Positions 16,565-25,377 of a stretch of DNA of 33,578 nucleotides are shown piece after piece. The stretch lies in the IMG/VR virus record IMGVR_UViG_3300020185_000016. One strand, given 5' to 3'. Source of the stretch: a virus. Each line of letters begins with the position of its first letter. Position 1 is the stretch's first letter. The notes beneath the pieces are model-generated. The model had not been told where the DNA came from, ran no database searches, and saw only the letters and a list, made by a program, of their open reading frames with translations. The translations under genes and the position numbers were made by a program.

Positions 16565-19089
16565 TAGCCAAAGAAATCCTCTAGTGTTGCTTTTTCTTCT
16601 ACACTCCATCCAATTGCATCTAAAATTGGGGTGAGTGGTTCAATAAAAGTTTTTTCAAATTGTTTATCATAATCCACATATTTGTGAAGATGAAGCTCTT
16701 CCGGCAAATATTCCGGAAATGCAATAACGTTTTCTTTAATAGGATTAGGTAAAGTAAGATAAGTGAATTTAATCTTTTCTCCATTTTTAATCAATTCAAA
16801 CTTTTTACTTAAATCATTAGTTTTTATACAGTTATTATATAAAATGCTACCTCTTACATGAATAGGGGTACCTTTATTATATAAAGTAGTTTTATCTTGC
16901 CATTTTTTAATGTCAGAAACAGATCTGGGAAACGATACTTTTTCGGGTGGAAGGGATTTAAATACTTTCTTAAAATCGCTAATATATTTACGAGTTTCTT
17001 CTTCAGAACCATTAATAAGCACATAGAAAATTTCTCTAAATTTATCGCGGACAACTTCGGGTGTTGAAGATTTAATAGCTTCAATGCCCATAATCTTAAG
17101 CTTAGGAACAGAGTATTGCACACCCTCATTATTGTGAACATTTAAAATATACCGTTTTTTCGCAGTCCAAATGCCGCGATCAGCAATTGCTTCCCGTCCC
17201 ATTTGCATTCTATTATCATAAGCATTCATTTTTTCAAATAAAGTATTATACGACTTTGCAAGGAATTTTTCAAATTGATCTCGACAAATCTGATCAATAA
17301 CTTTTACTGTGTCTTCAGTGCTAAGTTTTTGCTTAAAGCGATTAACTAATGGTCCAAAGTGAATATATACTGAGTCTGTATCAATAGCAATAACATAATC
17401 AACATCTTCAGTTTTCATAATTTTATTCATTGCATCATTAACAGCTCTTTCAGCTGAACGAATTGCAAGTTGGCCAGATAAAGTAATACCTTCTGCAATA
17501 TCCATATCAAAATATCTAAAGTATTGATTGCCTAGTGCACCATAAAGAGAGTTTAAAAGAATTTTAATAGCCATTTGGCGATTTTCAAGTTGGTTGATTT
17601 TCTTTTCTAAATCAGCAGATTTATTCTTTTCATATTCAGATTGGGTAGCAAGCATTTCTTTTTTAACTTGAGAACGCTCATTATAATAATCAACAATAAT
17701 TTTAGGAATAACACCCTGTGATTTTTTACTATAGCAACTGCCATTTGCTGCAACAGATAAATCGGCTTCACGCTGGGTATCTCGAATTTCACCGCTTTGA
17801 AGATAATAGTCTACCCCGCTTTGACCTCGTAGCATTGGATCTTTAATCAAAGTTTCGGGTGACATATTATATTGCACAATAAGATTTGGATAAAGCGAAT
17901 TCAAATCAAAGGAAACAACCCAATCGTACATGCCCGGAATAGGCTCTTTTACGTATCCACCTGGATATGGAAGCTTATGGCTATTTCTATTAGGAGGAAC
18001 AATAATATTATCTTTTGCTAATTTGCGATAGATAATAGAATCCCATATAGCAGTAGTACCAAATGTATCAGAATAGTTAACACCACCCTTATATGCCATA
18101 GTCATAGCAAGAGTAATAAGATCCATTTTTTCATCGATACGGTCAACAAGTTCAACATCTTTAATATTATAATCAATAAATTTTTGATGATTTGCTTTGT
18201 ATAAGCCATGAAGATTTCCATATTCTTCATATGAAATTTTATGTTCACCCAATACAACATGAGCAATATGGTCTAGTTTATAAGATTCTTGCGGACCATA
18301 TGAATAACCAAATTTTTGAAATAGTTCAATGTAGTCGAGTTGTTGTACACCCGCAATATCAAATGAAGTTGTTAATTTACCGCGGATATTAATTTGCCGC
18401 TTACCAACCACTCCCCACGGAGAAAGTTTTTTAGCAACAGCCTCGCCGGCAATGCGTGTAATGCGGTTGTAAATATATGGAATATCAAACATACGGATAT
18501 ACCAGCCAGTAATAATATCTGGCGTGTTATTTCTCCAGTATTCCATAAACTGAGCAAGCAATTCAATTTCAGAATTACACTTGCGATACTGGATAATTTT
18601 ATCTTTATGTTCACTATTTTCTACATTCCAATCACCAAGACCCCAAGCATGATAAACATTACTTTGATTAGATTTTAATGCAATAGAAATAATTGGATGT
18701 TCTGCAACATCCGGTTCTGGAAAGCCATCGTCCGAAGCAACTTCAATATCAAAATTGGAAATGTTAACGAGGTTTCTATCAAATGTAATATCATCCGGAA
18801 ATTTTTCGGTAATAAATTGTTGAGCGTAATTAGTATTTCCATATACACTAAAGTTATCTACATCTTTATATTGAGCAACAAATTGATATGCGTCATTCAT
18901 ATTATCAAATGTAATAGGCGCAACACGCACGCCGTCCAAAGAACGAAGTTCATCCTCTGGTTTAGTGCTTCTTATATAAAGAGTAGGTTTAAATTTATGC
19001 TTAGTCTCAATCCGAGCACCGCTTTGATTAACTCCTCTATACAGAATTTGATTACCGTGTTTAAAAACTGATGTATAAAATGGTTTCAA
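16564..19089 (-). CDS. gp43: Family B DNA polymerase gp43 (TTG start)
   Basis: FDIEV exonuclease, [41 protein letters not shown]-terminal clamp-binding TLEDFF. Confidence 0.98.
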   Translation of the reverse strand: MKPFYTSVFKHGNQILYRGVNQSGARIETKHKFKPTLYIRSTKPEDELRSLDGVRVAPITFDNMNDAYQFVAQYKDVDNFSVYGNTNYAQQFITEKFPDDITFDRNLVNISNFDIEVASDDGFPEPDVAEHPIISIALKSNQSNVYHAWGLGDWNVENSEHKDKIIQYRKCNSEIELLAQFMEYWRNNTPDIITGWYIRMFDIPYIYNRITRIAGEAVAKKLSPWGVVGKRQINIRGKLTTSFDIAGVQQLDYIELFQKFGYSYGPQESYKLDHIAHVVLGEHKISYEEYGNLHGLYKANHQKFIDYNIKDVELVDRIDEKMDLITLAMTMAYKGGVNYSDTFGTTAIWDSIIYRKLAKDNIIVPPNRNSHKLPYPGGYVKEPIPGMYDWVVSFDLNSLYPNLIVQYNMSPETLIKDPMLRGQSGVDYYLQSGEIRDTQREADLSVAANGSCYSKKSQGVIPKIIVDYYNERSQVKKEMLATQSEYEKNKSADLEKKINQLENRQMAIKILLNSLYGALGNQYFRYFDMDIAEGITLSGQLAIRSAERAVNDAMNKIMKTEDVDYVIAIDTDSVYIHFGPLVNRFKQKLSTEDTVKVIDQICRDQFEKFLAKSYNTLFEKMNAYDNRMQMGREAIADRGIWTAKKRYILNVHNNEGVQYSVPKLKIMGIEAIKSSTPEVVRDKFREIFYVLINGSEEETRKYISDFKKVFKSLPPEKVSFPRSVSDIKKWQDKTTLYNKGTPIHVRGSILYNNCIKTNDLSKKFELIKNGEKIKFTYLTLPNPIKENVIAFPEYLPEELHLHKYVDYDKQFEKTFIEPLTPILDAIGWSVEEKATLEDFFG

Positions 19090-19137
19090 TTAACTTCTCC
19101 ATATGGGATGGTATCATAATATATTTATATTATTATT

Positions 19138-19172
19138 ATTATAGCATAAAAGGGGGGCATTGAACACCCCCC
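19138..19172 (-). terminator. Intrinsic terminator overlapping the gp43 promoter
   Basis: GGGGGGTG-TTCAA-TGCCCCCC-TTTT; embedded TGTTCA-N17-TATAAT; TATAAATA late box at 19122-19129. Confidence 0.8.
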
Positions 19173-19190
19173 AATTAATATTAGTATTAG

Positions 19191-19412
19191 TTATGTTTTA
19201 CTTGAAACAAAGCTATACATTTCTTTAGCTTTTTCCATCAATTCATCCACTGAATACATCTGGTAAGACTCTTGAATATCTTCAAGGCTCTTCTTACCTT
19301 TTTCCATCATTGCTTCAGCAAACTGAACATTAATTTGCTGCTGTTGATCCATGTACTCTTTTGCAAGTTGCAGCATATCTGCACGGATCTCGAATGGGTT
19401 TTTATTAGTCAT
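19191..19412 (-). CDS. Hypothetical protein
   Basis: 73 aa, AAGGAG RBS. Confidence 0.8.
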   Translation of the reverse strand: MTNKNPFEIRADMLQLAKEYMDQQQQINVQFAEAMMEKGKKSLEDIQESYQMYSVDELMEKAKEMYSFVSSKT

Positions 19413-19438
19413 AATAGACTCCTTTGTGTGTTATGTGT

Positions 19439-19537
19439 TTACATGCATAGATCTTCGTATTTAATAGTATGAGCCCTATGCTGACTCGCGCTATTATTTC
19501 GGGAAGTACTTGTTAAGAATTTCCATATGATCTTCAT
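19439..19537 (-). CDS. Putative 32-aa overlapping small ORF
   Basis: MKIIWKFLTSTSRNNSASQHRAHTIKYEDLCM; GAGGAG 10 nt upstream; fills the 19413-19493 gap. Confidence 0.45.
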   Translation of the reverse strand: MKIIWKFLTSTSRNNSASQHRAHTIKYEDLCM

Positions 19538-19706
19538 ATTTTGCCATCTCCTCAAGTTCTTTTTCAATTGCGTCCATAACATCAGAGTGTTCGCCAACTC
19601 CAACTGGATTTGTTAAATAGATTTCAATATTCATTTTATGTTTTTCAACATGTGCTTTAGCATGATCATATGCTGCATTAATCATTTGCAATCTTAGTGT
19701 TGTCAT
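19494..19706 (-). CDS. Hypothetical protein
   Basis: 70 aa, YLTNPVGVGEH motif; ATGA-coupled to cytochrome c. Confidence 0.8.
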   Translation of the reverse strand: MTTLRLQMINAAYDHAKAHVEKHKMNIEIYLTNPVGVGEHSDVMDAIEKELEEMAKYEDHMEILNKYFPK

Positions 19707-20068
19707 TGTTTTACTCCCATTGATTGTAGATATTCAATAATAACTTGGCGCCCAGATTCTTTCTTTTCTTTGAAATTCATCTTAGTACCTTTAACCAGTT
19801 TTTTAGAATTGGTTAGCCACTTATCTATAAGCTCAGGAGTCCATTGGGGGTTTTCTTCTGCCCATGCTAATAGTTTTTTACTATAACGATAATCTTCATT
19901 TGTTGCTACGCCACGATTCATAACATTCCATAGGTTTGGTCCAGCGCCGTTTTTTGCGCCTTCTTCAATACTATGACAAGATGCACATTTTCTAAATGCT
20001 TTATCAGCATGCGCTGCGGAACCTGTTACGATAAAAAAAGCAATAAATGCTACTAAGTTTTTAGTCAT
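19703..20068 (-). CDS. Class I cytochrome c (c2/c550-like) with signal peptide
   Basis: Signal peptide ending AHA, CASCH heme motif, GPNLWNV, YS, KGTKMNF (axial Met). Confidence 0.93.
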   Translation of the reverse strand: MTKNLVAFIAFFIVTGSAAHADKAFRKCASCHSIEEGAKNGAGPNLWNVMNRGVATNEDYRYSKKLLAWAEENPQWTPELIDKWLTNSKKLVKGTKMNFKEKKESGRQVIIEYLQSMGVKQ

Positions 20069-20107
20069 ATTATATTTCCTCTCAATGCTTAGTATTTAAT
20101 ATTCTGT

Positions 20108-20139
20108 AAAATAAATTGGGAGGCTAACCGTGGCCTCCC
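20108..20139 (-). terminator. GC-rich hairpin / probable terminator
   Basis: GGGAGGC-CACGGTTA-GCCTCCC followed by AATTTATTTT (imperfect U tract). Confidence 0.5.
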
Positions 20140-20162
20140 GCGCACTTATTAAGTAGTGACCC

Positions 20163-20336
20163 TTACTTTTGAAGCTTGGCGTATTCCATCATACACTTTT
20201 TAGCTTCTTCATGAAAACCATGATTAGCCAAATGAGCTGCTGCTCTAGCATAGCCAATCATTTCCAGTTTATTCATAATATTCTTACCAAGACCGGCAAA
20301 GGGACTGGCAATATAGTTATATGTAATAGCAACCAT
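20163..20336 (-). CDS. Small hypothetical protein (start at MVAITY)
   Basis: GGGAG RBS before the ATG at 20336; GYARAAAHLANHGFHEEAK motif. Confidence 0.7.
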   Translation of the reverse strand: MVAITYNYIASPFAGLGKNIMNKLEMIGYARAAAHLANHGFHEEAKKCMMEYAKLQK

Positions 20337-20337
20337 G

Positions 20338-20598
20338 TTACACTCTCCCACGAATTTTGCCATGGTAATCACTAACATTTTGATTAGCTATGGTATAAAT
20401 ATCACCACGACTAATACCAATGTCAGATAATTCAGCGTTTGAAAGTTTATTCAACTCCTGAATAGTTTTAGCAACATCTCTTGCCATACGGTACGAAGCG
20501 TGAAGCTTAGTTAAGTAATTGCTAACAACGCTAAAGAGTTGTACGACTGGGGTGATTACCGTCAGTTTCGGTAAGTAGTTGGTTATTGTGTGTGTCAT
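20338..20598 (-). CDS. DUF1127 (YjiS-like) small protein
   Basis: TIQELNKLSNAELSDIGISRGDI matches the DUF1127 core; GAGG RBS before MTHT at 20598. Confidence 0.85.
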   Translation of the reverse strand: MTHTITNYLPKLTVITPVVQLFSVVSNYLTKLHASYRMARDVAKTIQELNKLSNAELSDIGISRGDIYTIANQNVSDYHGKIRGRV

Positions 20599-21019
20599 TT
20601 TGACCCTCGTTTTTTCCAATTGAAATTATACGAGGACGCTGATTTTCTGGGACAACATATTTCAGTTCAACTGCTAGAATGCCATCTTGAATATCTGCTC
20701 CATGCACGTAAACGTGCTCAGACAGCCTAAAGGTGCGTTTAAATTTCTTCGTAGAAATACCACGGTGAATAAACTCACGACCCTTTGAAATGTGATCCCC
20801 CATTACTGTTAATGTTCGGTCTTTGACCTCAATTGACAGTTCATCTTTTGAAAACCCCGCAACAGCCAATTCGATTAGATAATTATCTTCATCAGTTTTG
20901 ATTATGTTGTGGGGTGGATAATGATCATTAGCATGTTTAGCAACATGATCAAGCTCATTAAATAAATGGTCAAAACCAATAAATGAGCCACGGGGGAATA
21001 AATTTTGAACGCCTGTCAT
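20531..21019 (-). CDS. Small heat shock protein (Hsp20/IbpA family)
   Basis: FIGFDHLF, YPPHNI, IELAVAGF, FIHRGIS..FKRTFRLSE, DGIL, PRIISI (IxI). Confidence 0.96.
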   Translation of the reverse strand: MTGVQNLFPRGSFIGFDHLFNELDHVAKHANDHYPPHNIIKTDEDNYLIELAVAGFSKDELSIEVKDRTLTVMGDHISKGREFIHRGISTKKFKRTFRLSEHVYVHGADIQDGILAVELKYVVPENQRPRIISIGKNEGQNDTHNNQLLTETDGNHPSRTTL

Positions 21020-21024
21020 AGTTT

Positions 21025-21073
21025 TCTCCTTTTACAAGCAAGATTGTTAAGTAACCGGTCTATCCGCATTACC
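21025..21073 (-). promoter_or_regulatory. ROSE-like RNA thermometer in the sHSP 5' UTR
   Basis: UCUU-G-CUU/GUAA/AAG-GAGA hairpin with bulged G masking the SD, plus an upstream hairpin GGUAAUGCGG..CCGGUUACU. Confidence 0.65.
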
Positions 21074-21077
21074 ATTG

Positions 21078-21115
21078 TATTTATATAGTATAACATATTT
21101 CAGCTATAATGTAAA
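21078..21115 (-). promoter_or_regulatory. Tandem sigma70-type and late (gp55) promoters for sHSP
   Basis: TTTACA-N17-TATACT closely followed by TATAAATA. Confidence 0.75.
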
Positions 21116-21124
21116 TAATTTTTT

Positions 21125-21874
21125 TTAATTTTTTATGATTTTATCAAATAAATTTTGATTATTTGAAGATACTACATAAGAATATTTTGCGCATATAAGA
21201 GGTATATCTAATGTTTGTAAACGCTCTACTTCTTTAATTAAAGCAAATAATCTACCGATTGGATTTTTTATAGAATCAAATTCATAATTAATATAAGGCA
21301 TAAATTTAAACCCCAAATCTTCCATTAATGGTTTAATATTTGGTATTGAGTACCATAGCATGGGGTGGCCAGTATATAATCCGCGAATTATTTTATTACT
21401 AATAATATTATTTTCTATAGGAACGTATATACTACTTTTTCTATATCGTTGATTTAAAAAAATAGTACGCGATTTTTCAAAATTCCATTCTTCGATCCGC
21501 TTACCATCTTTTTCAAAATTAACTGATTTAAAATATCCTTTAGGAATAGCAGTAGCTCTACAAAAAGAAAGAATATCATAAGAATATAAATCATCGTGAT
21601 TTCTATAGTTTAACCAATCATAAGTTCGGCCGCGATCTATGGAATTCTTAATATATGTTGAACAAATATTATCATCTAATATTTTTTTATTTTTCTTTAA
21701 AAACTCTATATAGGCTCTAGTTGTAAAAGGTCTATTATATCCAATTGTATTAAAATTAAATAAAAACCGATGGTCATATTGTCTAAAAATATCATATCGA
21801 AAAGTACTTTGATCTGGAACTAAAGCCAAAGCTTTTCCATAACTAGTAATTAAACCCTTAATATCAAATTTCAT
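21125..21874 (-). CDS. Hypothetical protein, possibly glycosyltransferase-like
   Basis: C-terminal ISNKIIRGLYTGHPML...LGFKF...YEFDSIKNPIGRL...EVERL resembles the 'TEK..R....P...GF...D' pattern of GT10-like proteins; AT-rich. Confidence 0.4.
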   Translation of the reverse strand: MKFDIKGLITSYGKALALVPDQSTFRYDIFRQYDHRFLFNFNTIGYNRPFTTRAYIEFLKKNKKILDDNICSTYIKNSIDRGRTYDWLNYRNHDDLYSYDILSFCRATAIPKGYFKSVNFEKDGKRIEEWNFEKSRTIFLNQRYRKSSIYVPIENNIISNKIIRGLYTGHPMLWYSIPNIKPLMEDLGFKFMPYINYEFDSIKNPIGRLFALIKEVERLQTLDIPLICAKYSYVVSSNNQNLFDKIIKN

Positions 21875-21896
21875 AATATACCGATTTATAAAAAAA

Positions 21897-21968
21897 TTAT
21901 CTTTTCACTCTACAATGCGGACAAAAATTATCTTGACCTAGATCTGTCATACATTCCGGACAAGTCAT
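21897..21968 (-). CDS. 23-aa zinc-ribbon micro-protein
   Basis: MTCPECMTDLGQDNFCPHCRVKR; ATGA overlap with the regA stop. Confidence 0.6.
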   Translation of the reverse strand: MTCPECMTDLGQDNFCPHCRVKR

Positions 21969-22375
21969 TTTTTACCAATATTATATTTTGGACAGAGTTC
22001 CCATTTATCTTTATCTTTAAATGGAATAATTTTTATATGACGTAATGGAGATACTGGAGTTGCCAATTCAGCATTTACAATTTCAATCAATCCCCAATCA
22101 GACATTAATGTAGCAATTGTATTTCTACGGGCTACATCACTTTCTTCAAGATTTGATTTTTTGCCGTCCAAAAGAAATAATTCTTTGAAATGTACAATAA
22201 AATATCTGCCTTGTTTATGCAAAATATGGCAAGACTGAAATAGTTTATTTTCTTTTTTTGATGCAATACCAATTCTAGTGAGGGTTTCTCGAATCTTTAA
22301 AAAATCATCGGGCTCGGCAATAGTGATTTCGAGCATCATCTCGGGAGACCACTGCGCAATTTTATTATCTTCCAT
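21965..22375 (-). CDS. regA: RegA translational repressor
   Basis: PDDFLKIRETLTRIGIAS, LFQSCHILHKQGRYFIVHFKELF, RRNTIA, PKYNIG. Late box TATAAATA at 22448-22455. Confidence 0.97.
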   Translation of the reverse strand: MEDNKIAQWSPEMMLEITIAEPDDFLKIRETLTRIGIASKKENKLFQSCHILHKQGRYFIVHFKELFLLDGKKSNLEESDVARRNTIATLMSDWGLIEIVNAELATPVSPLRHIKIIPFKDKDKWELCPKYNIGKK

Positions 22376-22467
22376 TCAATCAATCCATATCTTTTTATTT
22401 GTTATTATATACTATTACTAAAGCATATTATTGTTGCCTATATGGATTATTTATACAAATAAAATAT

Positions 22468-22851
22468 TTAAGGTTTTCTTTTTCCACCTTTAAAAAGTTT
22501 TATTTTTATTTCAGCAAGTTGTTCTTCGGATAGTAAATCTATAATTTGATGGGCTTTTTCATTAGAATATCCATAGTATTCTTTAATTAAATTAATATTA
22601 TCTTCTTTAGATGCTTTATTCCATTTTGAGAACCGCTTTTTTTTCCGCACAATTTGTCGCAAGAAATCATATTGCAATCTACTATCCAAATGACTATATT
22701 TGTTCATTTCATTAGCAAACAATACAGTATCATAAAAATATGACAATCCGCGATTAACCATAAATGAATTATAGGCTTTTTCATCTATATCATCGCACAT
22801 AATGTCGATTTTACTAGAAGTAATTGATGTCATATAATCAAAGTGATTCAT
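22468..22851 (-). CDS. gp62: Clamp loader small subunit gp62
   Basis: YNSFMVNRGLS, ANEMN, RKKKRFSKW, KEYYGYS; synteny. Confidence 0.93.
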   Translation of the reverse strand: MNHFDYMTSITSSKIDIMCDDIDEKAYNSFMVNRGLSYFYDTVLFANEMNKYSHLDSRLQYDFLRQIVRKKKRFSKWNKASKEDNINLIKEYYGYSNEKAHQIIDLLSEEQLAEIKIKLFKGGKRKP

Positions 22852-23515
22852 TAATTTTTTCCCATTGCGAGTGTGCTGCTATTTCAATTTCTTTTTTTAC
22901 TTCTGGCCAATCGTCAATTAAATCTGTTTTTTGACTCAAATCTTTTGAAAGTTTACTTGCTTTGCTTGGATCAAAAGAAGATATCATTGATGGTGTTATA
23001 ATCTTTATATTATTTGATAAAAACTTCACTATAGTATTAAGGCGAATAAACGCGTTAACATGCCGGGTATAATATCTAATAGCATCAAAAGATTCCTCGC
23101 GCGTTACTGGTTTTTTTAATTGAGCATAAAAATCTGTTGGTGTTAATACAGCATTAACTGATTTATTAATAAGTTTTAAATTCCAATACTTTCCAGTCTC
23201 ACCAGTGGTATCTCTATTAGTCATAGCGACGGAAATTATAAAAGAAGTATAGCACTCTAAATAAGTGGGTGGTTTTATAATTAATATTTTATTATTAGAA
23301 AGAATATTATCTATATTATATTTTTCGTTATGATCGAAATAATCTAATGGCTGTAATTTTGCTATGCAAGCATCAGTAGAACAAAAATCATTTAATTTAT
23401 GAATATTGTACGATTTAAATAATTCATCATAACTTACCAAATTATGAATTTTAGCATAATGACGTATTACAAAAGAAGATGCTGTTCGTGGTAAAGAAAT
23501 AATAATAGTATTCAT
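22838..23515 (-). CDS. Sulfotransferase-like protein
   Basis: IIISLPRTASS (5'-PSB-like), ELF, IAKL; AT-rich insertion between dexA and gp62. Confidence 0.5.
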   Translation of the reverse strand: MNTIIISLPRTASSFVIRHYAKIHNLVSYDELFKSYNIHKLNDFCSTDACIAKLQPLDYFDHNEKYNIDNILSNNKILIIKPPTYLECYTSFIISVAMTNRDTTGETGKYWNLKLINKSVNAVLTPTDFYAQLKKPVTREESFDAIRYYTRHVNAFIRLNTIVKFLSNNIKIITPSMISSFDPSKASKLSKDLSQKTDLIDDWPEVKKEIEIAAHSQWEKINESL

Positions 23516-23520
23516 TTTAT

Positions 23521-23549
23521 ATGATATCTCAAATTTAAAATTTTGTAAA
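23521..23549 (-). promoter_or_regulatory. Promoter predicted to give a leaderless mRNA
   Basis: TTTACA-N17-TATCAT ending 5 nt before the ATG at 23515; no SD. Confidence 0.55.
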
Positions 23550-23554
23550 CAATT

Positions 23555-24148
23555 TTATGTTATAGCCTGTACTAATGTTTGCATTCTCATTACATCGATT
23601 GAAATATCATGTGTAGGGTCATGCTTTACAAAGCCTTCACATTTCGGTGGGATAAAGGTATTTTTTAAGTCGGTCCCCCAAGATAAACCCTCAATAAGTG
23701 AACGGGTGTCACGAACTTCCCACCAATCATACGGCATCATATGTTCAGTTTGGCGTATAATACTTTCAACAAAAATTGGATCAAATGTATTACCACGGGT
23801 ATATATTTTTTCAATTGAAAATGGTTTATTTAAAATAAAAAAATCATAAAGTTTTGCAATTGATACATCAGAAGGAGTTGGATTAATCTGTTTTTTTACT
23901 GGCGGTATTTGTTCACCCCACCAATCAAGGGTTTCTTTTTCAATCTTACGGTTATACTTTTTCACTTGCTCTTGGACATTAAATTTAATAGTTTTTGTGG
24001 CACGTACTAATTCTGGAAAAGTATATGGTTGAGTAGTAAAGCGGGCTTCACTAAAATTAAGCATTGTCATTGAAACAACAACCCCATTAGTTGTATCTCT
24101 GGACAATGTTTCAAAATCAAAAATACATGCATTATCTTGCGTTGTCAT
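23555..24148 (-). CDS. dexA: DexA-like DEDDh 3'-5' exonuclease
   Basis: IFDFETL, TLDWW, RGNTFD, VRDTRS, HDPTHD. Confidence 0.8.
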   Translation of the reverse strand: MTTQDNACIFDFETLSRDTTNGVVVSMTMLNFSEARFTTQPYTFPELVRATKTIKFNVQEQVKKYNRKIEKETLDWWGEQIPPVKKQINPTPSDVSIAKLYDFFILNKPFSIEKIYTRGNTFDPIFVESIIRQTEHMMPYDWWEVRDTRSLIEGLSWGTDLKNTFIPPKCEGFVKHDPTHDISIDVMRMQTLVQAIT

Positions 24149-24158
24149 ATAAAAATCC

Positions 24159-25097
24159 TTACTTAAAATTTACATTAGCCATAATTTCGGTTAAGCATGC
24201 TACAATATTTATTTCATGATCGGCAACAAATGCATTTTTATACTGGTAATCCGCCAAAATAAGAACCAACTGTGGGATTGTAGATGCATCAACCTTATCG
24301 TTCATTCTGTCATAGATACCTCTAAAGATTGAGGAAGCATCTGTATCTACATTATTAACTACCCAGTTACGCATCTTTTTAAAATCTTTTGTTTTTAAAA
24401 ATAAAAAGAGATCGTCAAATGTTTTATCTGTTAAATTAACTAAAATACCAGCATCAATTTTACCAGAAACAGAATATCGCTGTACTTCATTTAAAACTCT
24501 CCGCCAATCTGGCGCAAATTTCATAATAAGATTTGCAAGGGCATTTTTCTCGTATGCAACATTTTCTTTTTCAAGAATAGTAATAGTTTTATTCATGAAT
24601 TCAGCTGCTAAGCCAGCCATTTCTTTTTTAGTGGTATTAAATTCATATACACTACAACGAGAATGTAATGGTTCAATAATGCGATTTTTAAAATTACATG
24701 TTAAAATAAATCGACAATTATTAGAAAATTCTTCAATAAATCCACGCAAAGCGGGTTGAGTTGATTGTGCATTAAGATAATCAGCTTCATCCAAAATAAC
24801 TACTTTGTATCCTCCTTGTAGTGAAACAGATGAAGCAAATTGTTTAATTTTAGTGCGTAGCGTATCAATATTACCTTCTTCACTACCATTAATAATAATA
24901 TAATCTAATTCAAGTTCTTTACACATAGCTTTTGCTATAGTTGTTTTACCTAAACCGGCACTACCAGAAAATAGCATATTGGGCAATTCACCTGTTGCAA
25001 CAATTTGCTTAAAAACTGCTTTAAATTCTGGTTGTAGAATTGTATCGTCTACACATTGTGGTCTATATTTTTCGGTCCACAAAAAATCATTGCTCAT
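24159..25097 (-). CDS. gp44: Clamp loader large subunit gp44
   Basis: LWTEKYRP, GSAGLGKT, ILDEADYL, EPLHSRC. Confidence 0.97.
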   Translation of the reverse strand: MSNDFLWTEKYRPQCVDDTILQPEFKAVFKQIVATGELPNMLFSGSAGLGKTTIAKAMCKELELDYIIINGSEEGNIDTLRTKIKQFASSVSLQGGYKVVILDEADYLNAQSTQPALRGFIEEFSNNCRFILTCNFKNRIIEPLHSRCSVYEFNTTKKEMAGLAAEFMNKTITILEKENVAYEKNALANLIMKFAPDWRRVLNEVQRYSVSGKIDAGILVNLTDKTFDDLFLFLKTKDFKKMRNWVVNNVDTDASSIFRGIYDRMNDKVDASTIPQLVLILADYQYKNAFVADHEINIVACLTEIMANVNFK

Positions 25098-25131
25098 AAT
25101 ATAATACCTATAACTTTATTCATTCAAGGAT

Positions 25132-25157
25132 AAAAAAGAGTGACTTTCGTCACTCTT
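25132..25157 (-). terminator. Intrinsic terminator
   Basis: AAGAGTGAC-GAAA-GTCACTCTT-TTTT. Confidence 0.85.
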
Positions 25158-25161
25158 CATT

Positions 25162-25377
25162 TTATTTTTTTTGTGGGGCTTGTGGGGCTTCTGATTGTTC
25201 CTGTTTCCAGTTTTCTACAATCTGTACTGCATTAGTAGCTTGATCTCTAAGCTGCCCAATAGTACTAAGTTCTTCGCCGCGGAATCCTCCGCGCTGTGTA
25301 ACTGTATCAATTACTGCAATAGTGCTCCGAGCAATATTGTTCATAGTATCATAAGCTTGTTTATGGTCGGCCATCAT
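25162..25377 (-). CDS. Hypothetical protein
   Basis: IDTVTQRGGFRGEELSTIGQLRD; coupled to gp45. Confidence 0.8.
   Translation of the reverse strand: MMADHKQAYDTMNNIARSTIAVIDTVTQRGGFRGEELSTIGQLRDQATNAVQIVENWKQEQSEAPQAPQKK

Noticed and set aside
15827-16609. Longest-ORF starts for the HAD gene (also uvsW 31737, and 7738, 20378, 20619, 11569)
   Set aside because: They overlap upstream genes; internal starts have better RBS or translational coupling.
19098-19117. Base-pairing between the repeat-derived RNA (GGAUAGUAU) and the gp43 leader (AUACCAUCC)
   Set aside because: Only 8 of 9 nt match; expected by chance in an AT-rich sequence.
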